Assembly (NCBI GenBank): GCA_018652625.1
Contig: JABIBT010000018.1
Span: forward strand, 4,566-68,565
DNA: 64,000 bases
From: Candidatus Woesearchaeota archaeon
GTDB taxonomy: Archaea > Nanobdellota > Nanobdellia > SCGC-AAA011-G17 > PNOQ01
Reading direction: 5' to 3'
Part shown: positions 19,183 through 28,644 of the stretch, piece by piece
Layout of the letters: each line of letters begins with the position of its first letter
Position numbering within the stretch: the stretch's first letter is position 1
The notes under the pieces: generated by a model
Told to the model about the DNA's origin: nothing
The model's input: the letters and a program-made list of their open reading frames with translations, nothing else
The model's database searches: none
Made by a program: the position numbers and the translations under genes

Positions 19183-20043
19183 TTATTTTCCCTTATGAAA
19201 CTTCAATTGTTTAATTTTTCCATTTTTTATTTCTAATAAAATATTTACATCAGAACCAAAACCAGCATTAACACAAACAGTTTTTCCAATCTTATCTTTT
19301 CCAAAATGTTCATGCATGTGCCCACCGATACAAATTAAAGGATTGTATTTCTCAATTATTTCTCTAGTTATCATAGAACCAAAATGTTGTCCGTTTCGGG
19401 GGGAATACTTATTATTTATTTTATCAATCTTCGTATTAAAGGGAACATTGTGAGAAAGAAAGATAACTGGGAGATTTATATTTTTGAATAAGTTATCTAT
19501 TTTTCCTAAATGTTTTTCATATTTTAACTTTTTTATTTTTAATTCATTTTTTCCATATCTTTCTAAATCCTCTTTATATTGTGGATACTCTGGTCCGGAA
19601 GATATACCGTGGCCAATGAAATTAATGCCATTAAAAATAACTTTTTTTTCATGCAAATTAATAATATTTTTTAATCCAACTACAAGTTTCTTAAAATGGT
19701 CTTTTTTTAAAAAATTCCAATTTATCTCTCTCTCAACAAAAGGAGTCCAATCCCAATTGCCAGGGACAATATAAACTGGAACACCATAAGAATTTAATTT
19801 TTCTAATATTTTCCTTCCATCAGAAAGAGATTTCATAATTATTTTTTTAGCTTCTTTTTTACCAACTATATCATACCATTCAGTTTTTGATTTGGGAGTT
19901 ACTAATCTTTCTTTCAAAGCCCGAAACATATACTTTTTTGATTCATCAGAACAAAAATCTCCTGGAGCAATAATTGCATCAAAATCCTTAAAATGAATCT
20001 TTGGTTTTTTTCCGTGCAAATCTCCAATAATTAAAAATTTCAT
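19183..20043 (-). CDS. calcineurin-like metallophosphoesterase
   Basis: 'IIGDLHGK' and 'GGHMHEHFG' metal-binding motifs. Confidence 0.6.
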   Translation of the reverse strand: MKFLIIGDLHGKKPKIHFKDFDAIIAPGDFCSDESKKYMFRALKERLVTPKSKTEWYDIVGKKEAKKIIMKSLSDGRKILEKLNSYGVPVYIVPGNWDWTPFVEREINWNFLKKDHFKKLVVGLKNIINLHEKKVIFNGINFIGHGISSGPEYPQYKEDLERYGKNELKIKKLKYEKHLGKIDNLFKNINLPVIFLSHNVPFNTKIDKINNKYSPRNGQHFGSMITREIIEKYNPLICIGGHMHEHFGKDKIGKTVCVNAGFGSDVNILLEIKNGKIKQLKFHKGK

Positions 20044-20116
20044 ACCTTACAAGGGAAAATAATTCCTTAAAAACTTTTCCAAAATCTATATAAACAACAT
20101 AGTTTTCAAGATAATT

Positions 20117-21514
20117 ATGTACAAAGATTTAGCAGACTTTTCAATTGAATTTCTACAAAAAAAAGAAGTAGATTACGCAGAAGCAAGGCTAGAAACAAAT
20201 ACTTCAACAGGAATAATACTGAAAGATTCAAACCCAGAAATGACTGGATTTGATCAATCTTGTGGCCTGGGAATAAGATACTTAATAAATAAAAACTTGG
20301 GATTTGTTTCAATAAATGAATTAAGCAAAGAAAAATTAAAAGAGCAATTAGAAAAATCATTAAAACTAACAAGAAAAGCCTCAAAGATATCAGATAAAAT
20401 AGAGTTCTCAGAGAATAAAGCAATAAAGAAAACATACAAAGTAAATCAAAAACAAAATATTCAAGATTTTTCTCAGAAAGAAAAACTAAAATTCTTACAA
20501 GAGATAGATGGCTCAATAGATGCAAACCACAAATATCTTTCACTTTCAGATAATATTATTGAGAAATACTACGTAAATACAGAAGGGTCACAAATAACTT
20601 CAGAGATTCCAAGAGTTAATTTTTTCTATTTTTTAACTTTAGTAGAAAAAAACCAATCAATTCAAAGATATTTACAAAAAGGTGCAACAACAGGGTATGA
20701 AACCTTGAAAAACTGGAATTTAATTAACGAAATACAAAAAGAAGTAAAGGCATTAAGAGAAAATATAACAAAAGGGGTACCCGCTCCAAAAGAAGAGTTA
20801 GATATAGTAGTTGCTCCAGAAGTAACTGGCATAGCAGTTCACGAAGCATGTGGACACCCAACAGAAGCAGACAGAATTTTTGGAAGAGAAGCAGCACAAG
20901 CTGGAGAATCTTTTATAACTCAAGGAATGATAAATGATGAAATAGGTTCAGAAAATGTAACAATAGTAGATGATCCAACATTAGAAAAAAGTTACGGACA
21001 CTACATGTACGATGATGAAGGAATAAGGGCTAGAGAAAGGGTTCTATTCAAAAACGGAAAAATAAATGAATTTCTACATGATAGACAATCTTCACGAAGC
21101 ATGAATATAAAAAGTAATGGTTCATCAAGAGCAAATCATTATTCTGTAGAGCCAATGGTTAGAATGGCAAATACTTATCTTAAACCGGGGAAAATTTCGG
21201 AAGAAGAAATGATTAAAGAAACAAAAAAAGGCGTTTATATTAAGAACTTTATGGAATGGAATATAGATGATAAAAGATACCAACAAAAATATGTTGGTAA
21301 CGAAGCATATTTAATAGAAAATGGAGAATTAACAAAGCCAGTAAAATCTCCAGCTTTAGAATTAACAACACCAAAACTTTGGTCCTCAATAGATATGATT
21401 GGAAATAATTTACAATTTTTTGCAGGTACGTGCGGTAAAGGAGAGCCAATGCAAGGAATACCTGTGTTCATGGGTGGCCCATCTATAAGATTAAGACATA
21501 TCAAGTTATCATAA
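20117..21514 (+). CDS. tldD: TldD-family metalloprotease
   Basis: 'HEACGHPTEADR' zinc-binding motif. Size and pattern match TldD. Confidence 0.75.
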   Translation: MYKDLADFSIEFLQKKEVDYAEARLETNTSTGIILKDSNPEMTGFDQSCGLGIRYLINKNLGFVSINELSKEKLKEQLEKSLKLTRKASKISDKIEFSENKAIKKTYKVNQKQNIQDFSQKEKLKFLQEIDGSIDANHKYLSLSDNIIEKYYVNTEGSQITSEIPRVNFFYFLTLVEKNQSIQRYLQKGATTGYETLKNWNLINEIQKEVKALRENITKGVPAPKEELDIVVAPEVTGIAVHEACGHPTEADRIFGREAAQAGESFITQGMINDEIGSENVTIVDDPTLEKSYGHYMYDDEGIRARERVLFKNGKINEFLHDRQSSRSMNIKSNGSSRANHYSVEPMVRMANTYLKPGKISEEEMIKETKKGVYIKNFMEWNIDDKRYQQKYVGNEAYLIENGELTKPVKSPALELTTPKLWSSIDMIGNNLQFFAGTCGKGEPMQGIPVFMGGPSIRLRHIKLS

Positions 21515-21996
21515 TGGATAGATTTCACAAGGCTTTTGAAATGGCTGTAAAAGCTCATGAAAATCAGATAAGAGAATTAACAGGATCTCCAGTAATAGTT
21601 CATCCTTTAGCAGTTATGGGAATTCTAAGAAATTTTGGAATAAAAGATGAAGATATTTTAATTGCTGCAGTATTACATGATGTTGTTGAAGATTCTTCTA
21701 TAACTTTGGAAGAAGTAAAAAAAGAATTTGGAGACAGAGTAGCAGATTTAGTTGACCAAGTTTCAAAAAAACAAGATAAAACCTATCCAATAAGAGATGA
21801 ATCCGGAGTAGTATTAAAAATGGCAGACCTAATTCACAATGGGCTTTGCATGCCAAAAGACAATGAAAAGAAAATTAATAATTATATAAGGAGAGTAGAC
21901 CTAATAATTAAAAATTACCCCCAATTAATGAATTCTTACCCAGAAATATTCAAATACCTAAAAAAAATTCTGAAAAAAGTCAAAGCCTTGAGATAG
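21514..21996 (+). CDS. HD-domain phosphohydrolase
   Basis: The 'HPLAV' ... 'VLHDVVED' His/Asp pattern of the HD superfamily. The start overlaps the tldD stop. Confidence 0.55.
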   Translation: MDRFHKAFEMAVKAHENQIRELTGSPVIVHPLAVMGILRNFGIKDEDILIAAVLHDVVEDSSITLEEVKKEFGDRVADLVDQVSKKQDKTYPIRDESGVVLKMADLIHNGLCMPKDNEKKINNYIRRVDLIIKNYPQLMNSYPEIFKYLKKILKKVKALR

Positions 21997-22438
21997 AACT
22001 TCCTCTTTTTATTTCTTCTATAGATCTACCACAAGCAGGGCAAACCCTTGGCCACATCTTTATTGGATTATATTTAAAACCAAAACCACATTTATCACAA
22101 ATATATTTTATTCTATCATCTTGTACTTTAGGTTTTACAACTTCTCTTTTTTTAAATTCGCCACTTTTTAAGGCCTCACGTTCATCATAAATAACAATAG
22201 AACTTGGTTTTTCCTCAACTACCTCTTTTTCCTCAACAGATTTATTCGATTCTGCCTTTTTTCCTATTTTTTTAATACCTACACTATGAAAACAATTGCT
22301 GCAAACCATAACTCCCAAATCATCATCTATCTTAAAATCTTTAGCTGGAGCTTTATTCCCACACTTCTTACATTTAGCATATAATTCCTCTTTTGGCTTT
22401 GTATCAAAATAACCTTCATCAAAACTAATCTTTTCCAT
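21980..22438 (-). CDS. double zinc-ribbon protein
   Basis: Two CxxC...CxxC pairs ('CKKCGNK...CSNC', 'CDKCGF...CPACG') separated by an acidic/lysine-rich linker. Confidence 0.4.
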   Translation of the reverse strand: MEKISFDEGYFDTKPKEELYAKCKKCGNKAPAKDFKIDDDLGVMVCSNCFHSVGIKKIGKKAESNKSVEEKEVVEEKPSSIVIYDEREALKSGEFKKREVVKPKVQDDRIKYICDKCGFGFKYNPIKMWPRVCPACGRSIEEIKRGSSISRL

Positions 22439-22573
22439 CTTTTTGGGAGAATACCGTGACTTAAAAAGATTATACTAAGAAAAAACTATATATTGATTAA
22501 CAATATACTACTAACTAATAGTTACAAATAGAAAGATTTATAAACCGGAAATTGTGATTTTTTATTAGATAAA

Positions 22574-23620
22574 ATGGGATTAGAGAGAAAACTAGCGGAA
22601 GTAGAGGTCTTAGCTAGTGATTTAGCTAAAAAAGCTTATTCTGCAGACTATGGAGAAGATAGTTATTTAGGGAGCAGATTAGAAGAATTAAATACAGATG
22701 TTAGAAACTTAGAAATAGCATACCATAGAGCAAAAAAATTACTAAAAAAGAAAGATAAAGCACTTGCTGCAGGAGCATTAGGAGATTTAGTGAAAAGGCA
22801 AAAGAACCTCGCAGATAATTTAAATAGGACTATGCAAATAATTTATTCTGGAACTTCTTTTTATTTTGATGAAGACATAGACTTGAGAAAATTAGAGGAA
22901 AATACAAAATCAGCCCCCCTAATAAATAATAAGTGGAGCATGTATTATTATTTTATGAAATTTCATAGTCCAAAAAATACATTATCAAGAACAAGAAATA
23001 ATGATGGACATGGAAATACACTAAAAACGATTAGAAAAACGGAAAAAGAAGATAGAATAAGTTATGGGATCAAGGAAAGATATCATTTGTTAAGTCGTAC
23101 AGGTGTAGTTGGTGCAACAGATTGGATGCAATCTGAACTAGAAAAATATCTAATTGGAGCAAAAACAATATTGGAAACAATCTCAGAAGATAATTCACAA
23201 AAATTGGCTCCTAACAGAAGTAGACAAAGTGTAACAATAAAAAGAGCTAGAAATTTTTCAAACAGACATAGGGGTGGAATTATAGCCGCAACAATTGGAG
23301 CACTATTGGCAACTGGTTTTGTTGGAGGTACTGCCTATGAAAAGATACAACTGGCAAATGCAGAAAAACAACGAGCAGAACTAAAAGCAGAAAAAGAAGC
23401 AAGCGGAAGGGGCACAGCAGAGCATATGATTGAATTAAATTCTGGAATTAGAACTAGGTTTGATAATTGGGAGATATTTGGGAATCAAGAACAGTATGAA
23501 ATGATACTAAATAAAAGAATAAAATCCCATTTAGAATTGTTTGGAACCAACGGTCTAAATAAAGATAATTTTTATGTAAAGAAATATTTGGAAGAACATC
23601 CAGTTGAGGTGGGGGAATAA
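22574..23620 (+). CDS. uncharacterised bitopic membrane protein, paralog A
   Basis: Shares the N-terminus 'MGLE(R/K)KLAEV', an 'ADNL..MQ..Y' block and a 'KRHRG + TM helix' block with the downstream gene. No known domain recognised. Confidence 0.5.
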   Translation: MGLERKLAEVEVLASDLAKKAYSADYGEDSYLGSRLEELNTDVRNLEIAYHRAKKLLKKKDKALAAGALGDLVKRQKNLADNLNRTMQIIYSGTSFYFDEDIDLRKLEENTKSAPLINNKWSMYYYFMKFHSPKNTLSRTRNNDGHGNTLKTIRKTEKEDRISYGIKERYHLLSRTGVVGATDWMQSELEKYLIGAKTILETISEDNSQKLAPNRSRQSVTIKRARNFSNRHRGGIIAATIGALLATGFVGGTAYEKIQLANAEKQRAELKAEKEASGRGTAEHMIELNSGIRTRFDNWEIFGNQEQYEMILNKRIKSHLELFGTNGLNKDNFYVKKYLEEHPVEVGE

Positions 23621-24678
23621 TGGGTTTAGAAAAAAGATTAGCGGAAGTGGATTTACTAATAGAAGATCTTAGACACAGAGCTAAAGATACCTCCACAATA
23701 GACTATCTTGATGGCTTGTCTGGTAAAATATCTGTATTTCATAATTCATATAGATCTGCTAAAAGGTCGGTTGATTGGGGGGGAAATAATTCAGCTAATT
23801 TAAACGTTGGACAATTTGCCCTAACTGCAAAAAACATAGCAGATAATCTTAGTGGTATGATGCAAACTCTTTATGGGGCACACCCAGTTAAGTTAACAAA
23901 CTTAGAGAGAAATCTAGAAAACGCTCCTAAATCGGAAGAGGGAGAGAGTCTAAAAGATATATTCTTAAAATATCACGATGGAGGAAAAACCTCTCCATTA
24001 ATTCTAGCAAGACATGCATATGGACATGCAGAAGAGAATAAGATTTTACATTTTCCAGGAAATGCTCCTGCACTTATAGGAGACATCTCAGCATCTAGAT
24101 GGTTGAGCACAAATGTTGAAAAATATCTCAGTTTAGTAAAAGATTGTTTAGAAGTAATTTCAGAACAAGATTCAATAAACTTTGATGAAACCAGACTACC
24201 TGCAAATGTAGTTAGAAGAGCTATGAAGAATTATGCTAAGAGGCACAGAGGAACATTGGTAGCCCTTTTATCAGGAGCATCTATAGCCCTTGGTTCTTTA
24301 GGAACCATGTTTGCTAATAATATAGATAAAATGAATGAGTTTGAAGTATTGAAAACCTCCTATGAAGAAGTATACGGTCATGAGAATGCTAAAGGTCTGG
24401 AAGAGGCTGCAAATAAAGTATATGCTTTTGTAGATAGTTGCAATTCTGACAGTATGGGGGAACTATATTGTAGGGGAATGGCCCCTGGAACATTTGATGA
24501 TAGGATTTGGGATGGTGAATTTATAGAATTTAAAAAAAGAGTAGAATCTGGAGAATTATTGGGAGAAGGATTCCCAATGGGATTAGCAGAAGCAATGTTC
24601 ATGAAGGCAATAGAAGAGAAAGGATATGAACCAGAGTACAATATAACTTGGCCAAACAAAAACGAAGGAGACGAATAA
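23620..24678 (+). CDS. uncharacterised bitopic membrane protein, paralog B
   Basis: See paralog A. The start overlaps the stop of the upstream paralog (ATGA-type coupling). Confidence 0.5.
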   Translation: MGLEKRLAEVDLLIEDLRHRAKDTSTIDYLDGLSGKISVFHNSYRSAKRSVDWGGNNSANLNVGQFALTAKNIADNLSGMMQTLYGAHPVKLTNLERNLENAPKSEEGESLKDIFLKYHDGGKTSPLILARHAYGHAEENKILHFPGNAPALIGDISASRWLSTNVEKYLSLVKDCLEVISEQDSINFDETRLPANVVRRAMKNYAKRHRGTLVALLSGASIALGSLGTMFANNIDKMNEFEVLKTSYEEVYGHENAKGLEEAANKVYAFVDSCNSDSMGELYCRGMAPGTFDDRIWDGEFIEFKKRVESGELLGEGFPMGLAEAMFMKAIEEKGYEPEYNITWPNKNEGDE

Positions 24679-24960
24679 ATGGCATTAAAATTAGAGGATA
24701 TACAAGCAGCTAATATGTATGCAGCTGATATTAAAGGATTGGTTGGTGTTAGATTGAAATGGACAGAAATACTAAAATTAGCACACTTACAAAAAGAGCA
24801 TAACATGGAAGCAATGTTTATGGTTCTTAAAGACCATTACGGAATTGATGCATTTGCTCTAAAAAATTCAAACGGACAATCACTTTTGGGAGATCCTGCA
24901 CTTATTAAATATCATCAAAGATATTCTCCAATGTGGAGACAAGAAACAGAATTAGTTTAA
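24679..24960 (+). CDS. small hypothetical protein (93 aa) coupled to the paralog pair
   Basis: Starts immediately after the stop of paralog B. No motif recognised. Confidence 0.35.
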   Translation: MALKLEDIQAANMYAADIKGLVGVRLKWTEILKLAHLQKEHNMEAMFMVLKDHYGIDAFALKNSNGQSLLGDPALIKYHQRYSPMWRQETELV

Positions 24961-26775
24961 GAATTCTCTAACATCATCATAACTTCTACTACCGCGTAAT
25001 TCAATAGACTTAGGAAAATATTGTCTATAATTCTTCCAAGCATATCTTTCATCTAAATAAACAATAACTCCTTTATCAGTTTCACTTCTTATACATCTTC
25101 CAGCATTCTGTAAAACACTTGTAAAAGCAGGAATAACATAGCCATAATCCATCCCCTTTCCAAATTTTTCATCATAATATCTAATTAATTCTTTATTTTC
25201 TAAATCATTTTTGGCAAATGGCAAACCAACAACAATAACTGCTTTCAATTTATCCCCAAGCAAATCAATACTTTCTCCAAAACTACCAGAGCTAACAGCA
25301 ATCAAAGTACATCCTTCTTCTTTCAAATCAGAAAATCTCTTCAATATAGCCTCACGAGATAACTTATCCAAACCTTGCTCTTCAATAAATAAATTCTTGT
25401 CTTCAATTTTATCTTTAATCTTACTTATCAGCCCATAACTTGGAAAAAAGAATATTTTATTCCCTTTAATAATATCAATTAGTTCATTTACACTATCAGA
25501 TATCCTTTCATACATTTCTTCGTTTCTTTGACTATACTTTGTTGTAATGGCAGGAACCACCAAATCTAGTCTATTTTCTTTAGGGAAAGGATTTTCATAT
25601 TCAACTTTTAAGGGAAGATCCAAACCAAAGATTTCCTCATACATTTCTAAAGGATACAAAGTTCCAGACATAAAAATATTAGAATGGGACTCTTTTGTTA
25701 TGTCTTCCAAAACAATACTGGGATCTAAACAATTATAGAACAAAGAAATTATAGCTTTTCCTGTTCTTGTAAAACTTCTTTTCAGAATTCTAGAATATCT
25801 CTTATCTTCATTCTTCCACAAACTCAAAAAACCAGCCAAAGAATTGAGAAAACTTCTTTTTTCTTCTTCCATAACTTTATCGGCAGTATCAAATAAGTCA
25901 CTAATAAAATCCTCTTTTAAAACCTTGAATTCATCCTTACTAACTAAAATTTCATTATTTTCTAAACCCAACTTATCACTTAATAACATTAACTTATTTC
26001 GAATTTCAACTATCTCTGGTTCTAAATCTTGATTAAATCTACCTGCTTCTTTGATAGCAAAATCCAAACCGTACGTGCTAATATTATCACTCATTAAATC
26101 TCTAGCTCTAGAAGGCAAGTTATGCGCTTCATCCCAAATCAAAATGCAATTCTCAAGTTCTTTATTTATTTTTTTAAAAAACGCAGTTCTTGTGGTAGGA
26201 TTCAAAATATGAAAATAATCTACAATAATAACTTTAGCTTTTTTTGCAATATCTGCAGCAGCTTCAAACGCACAAACCTCGGACATCTCACACTTTTCAA
26301 CTAACTCTTCAACGTGAAAAATATTATTTTTTAATTCATCCATTAAAGGTTGAGTTGTAAATATTTTTGATTTATCATGATAATTTCTATAAAACTGACA
26401 TTCTTTATTTTCAATGGCATTTTTACAAAAAACCCTAAACTCATTTGAATTTAAATTTCCAACATCATCTCTAGGACACATCCACCTCTTTCCAATAAAG
26501 TCAGCTACTTGAAAGTTTACACCAGAATTATTTTTTATTTCCCTAAGAGTTTCAATAGCAATTTTATGATGTGTGTGTTTTGAAGTTAAAAAAATAACAC
26601 ATTTATCGTTTTCCAAAGCGTATTTTAAACAAGGTGCCAAGGTAGCAGCAGTTTTACCAACACCAGTAGGAACATTAGCCAAAACATCTTTTTTATGCTT
26701 TAAAGCAGTATTTACAACTTTAATAAAAGAATCTTGTCCCTTTCTATATGAATCAAATGGAAATAAATCTTTCAT
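24952..26775 (-). CDS. xpd: XPD/Rad3-family 5'-3' DNA helicase (Fe-S helicase)
   Basis: Walker A 'PTGVGKT', the DEAH box in 'IWDEAHNL', and an Fe-S domain carrying four Cys (CPRD...C...C..C) between motifs I and II. 607 aa, typical of archaeal XPD. Confidence 0.75.
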   Translation of the reverse strand: MKDLFPFDSYRKGQDSFIKVVNTALKHKKDVLANVPTGVGKTAATLAPCLKYALENDKCVIFLTSKHTHHKIAIETLREIKNNSGVNFQVADFIGKRWMCPRDDVGNLNSNEFRVFCKNAIENKECQFYRNYHDKSKIFTTQPLMDELKNNIFHVEELVEKCEMSEVCAFEAAADIAKKAKVIIVDYFHILNPTTRTAFFKKINKELENCILIWDEAHNLPSRARDLMSDNISTYGLDFAIKEAGRFNQDLEPEIVEIRNKLMLLSDKLGLENNEILVSKDEFKVLKEDFISDLFDTADKVMEEEKRSFLNSLAGFLSLWKNEDKRYSRILKRSFTRTGKAIISLFYNCLDPSIVLEDITKESHSNIFMSGTLYPLEMYEEIFGLDLPLKVEYENPFPKENRLDLVVPAITTKYSQRNEEMYERISDSVNELIDIIKGNKIFFFPSYGLISKIKDKIEDKNLFIEEQGLDKLSREAILKRFSDLKEEGCTLIAVSSGSFGESIDLLGDKLKAVIVVGLPFAKNDLENKELIRYYDEKFGKGMDYGYVIPAFTSVLQNAGRCIRSETDKGVIVYLDERYAWKNYRQYFPKSIELRGSRSYDDVREFLN

Positions 26776-26837
26776 GAAAAATTAAAAAGAACACTCTTTA
26801 TAAAAACTTATATACTAAAAAATAAAAAAAGAAAAAA

Positions 26838-27032
26838 TTAACAAGGATGGCAATGTTTGAAAAACAATACTTTTAGACCCAATATTACAAATACGATTCC
26901 AAAAAATTGTTCTATGCTCAAATAACTGAACCAAACTCCAAGACCTAGTAAAATTGCTATTATTCCAAAGATTAATTTATGATTTTTACTAGGGCAACAT
27001 GTGTTTTTAGTTTCTACTTTTTTTGCTGGCAT
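26838..27032 (-). CDS. small 2-TM membrane protein with Cys/His-rich termini
   Basis: 'TCCPS' at the N-terminus and 'KHCHPC' at the C-terminus. Paralogous to 27048..27236 ('W..L..EQ.F..'). Confidence 0.35.
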   Translation of the reverse strand: MPAKKVETKNTCCPSKNHKLIFGIIAILLGLGVWFSYLSIEQFFGIVFVILGLKVLFFKHCHPC

Positions 27033-27047
27033 ATAGTTTCACCTCCT

Positions 27048-27236
27048 TTATGATTTTATAAATCCTATAATTAGTTTAAAAGCACCAACTACAAACAAAA
27101 GCACTGCAAAAACTTGTTCTAGTGTCCATGCTCCACTCCATAATAAATATCCTAAAAATAGAGATATTAATCCACTAAGTATAAACAAAGCTCTTCCACC
27201 ATGATGTGGATAAATTCTTTGATTCTTTTTTACCAT
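27048..27236 (-). CDS. small 2-TM membrane protein, paralog of 26838..27032
   Basis: Shared 'W..L.(I/L)EQ(F/V)F' core. Confidence 0.35.
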   Translation of the reverse strand: MVKKNQRIYPHHGGRALFILSGLISLFLGYLLWSGAWTLEQVFAVLLFVVGAFKLIIGFIKS

Positions 27237-27324
27237 TAAATAATCACCTCTGAAGTAAATATCGATTTTTTGATTTAAAAGCTTTTCTAATAAAGTTTAT
27301 ATATTCCAAATACAAAAAAAGATT

Positions 27325-27741
27325 ATGAATATTTTATTTATTTGTAAACACAACCGGTTTAGAAGTAAAGTTGCTGAAGCGCTTTTCAAAGAGTTAAATA
27401 AAAACAAAAAAGTAAACGCTTCTTCAGCAGGTTTAATGCAAGGAGATCCAATTTCGAGCAGAATAATAAAGATTACAAAGAGAAATAATATAAAAATAAA
27501 AGGAAAACCAAAATACTTAAGTGACAAATTGATTAGAGAACAAGATATAATTATTAATGTAGCAGAAAATGTCCCATCAAGAGTTTTTAGAGAATATAAG
27601 AAAGTAAAAACGATAAGTTGGAAAACTAGAGATGTTAGTGAAGGGTTGACACTAAGAGGATACAATTTACAAACAACCAGATTAATTGAAAGAATAAGAA
27701 AAAAGGTTGAAAAACTTGTAAAAAAACTAGAAAAGGTCTAA
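27325..27741 (+). CDS. low-molecular-weight protein-tyrosine phosphatase / ArsC-type arsenate reductase family
   Basis: N-terminal 'ILFICKHNRFRS', i.e. the C-X5-R(S/T) P-loop of LMW-PTP/ArsC. Confidence 0.65.
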   Translation: MNILFICKHNRFRSKVAEALFKELNKNKKVNASSAGLMQGDPISSRIIKITKRNNIKIKGKPKYLSDKLIREQDIIINVAENVPSRVFREYKKVKTISWKTRDVSEGLTLRGYNLQTTRLIERIRKKVEKLVKKLEKV

Positions 27742-27794
27742 ACTATATTCTCCACTTAGATAATACTTTTAAAACAAACCGCTCTTTTTCTAGA

Positions 27795-28622
27795 ATGGCT
27801 CAAAGAATACAATCTCCTAGTTCAATAAATACTTACAAACAATGTCCAAGAAAGTATTATTACAACTATATTCTAAAATTACCAACACTAGCTTCTATAC
27901 ACCTAATCAGGGGAAAGATAGTTCATTCAGTTTTAGAGGATTTTTTCAAATTAGATATAGCATCAATACACGGAGACCATAAAGAATTTGAGTTGAATAT
28001 TTTACTTCAAAGTATGCTTAAAGAAAAATGGAATAATTCTATGGGGGAATTATTAAAAATTGGATTAGGACAACACAAATTAGATTTTTATTATGAAGAA
28101 TCTCAGGAAATGATAAACTCCTGGTTTGAATCTTTACTAAATAGAATACAGTTAAAACAAAACCAACATTTAACTTTTGATGAGGCATTCAATATATTAA
28201 AGCCAGAAACTGAAGTTTATTTCAAATCAGAAGAACACAAAGTACAAGGATTCATAGATGCAGTACATAGGATTGAAGGAGAAATTTCTTTAATAGATTA
28301 TAAATCTTCAAAAAAAGATACAATCTCCCCAGAATACAGATTACAATTAGCAATTTATGCCTTACTTTATTATGAAAAATATGGGAAGCATCCAAATATT
28401 GTTGGAGTAGACTTCTTAAGACACGGGATAAAATATCTAAAAGTGGATGAAGAACTAATAGAACTAGCAAAACAAGAATGTTCTTTAATTCAGGAAAATA
28501 CCATTTCAGAAGACTTAGAAGATTACCCTATGAAAACTTCTCCTTTATGTAAATGGTCAACTGGCCAGTGTGATTTTTATGATATTTGTTTTGGACAGAA
28601 AAAAATCGATGATTTTAAATAA
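27795..28622 (+). CDS. Cas4-like / RecB-family PD-(D/E)XK nuclease with a 4-Cys cluster
   Basis: One N-terminal Cys ('QCPRKYYY'), the core 'IDAV...E..LIDYKSSKK' (D...E.K), and three C-terminal Cys ('CKWSTGQCDFYDIC'), the typical Cas4 Fe-S arrangement. Confidence 0.6.
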   Translation: MAQRIQSPSSINTYKQCPRKYYYNYILKLPTLASIHLIRGKIVHSVLEDFFKLDIASIHGDHKEFELNILLQSMLKEKWNNSMGELLKIGLGQHKLDFYYEESQEMINSWFESLLNRIQLKQNQHLTFDEAFNILKPETEVYFKSEEHKVQGFIDAVHRIEGEISLIDYKSSKKDTISPEYRLQLAIYALLYYEKYGKHPNIVGVDFLRHGIKYLKVDEELIELAKQECSLIQENTISEDLEDYPMKTSPLCKWSTGQCDFYDICFGQKKIDDFK

Positions 28623-28644
28623 GTTATTCTAAACTTAAAAAACA

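Noticed and set aside
27795-28622. Using the Cas4-like nuclease as evidence for a CRISPR-Cas system
   Set aside because: No repeat-spacer array and no other cas genes were detectable by eye anywhere in the window.
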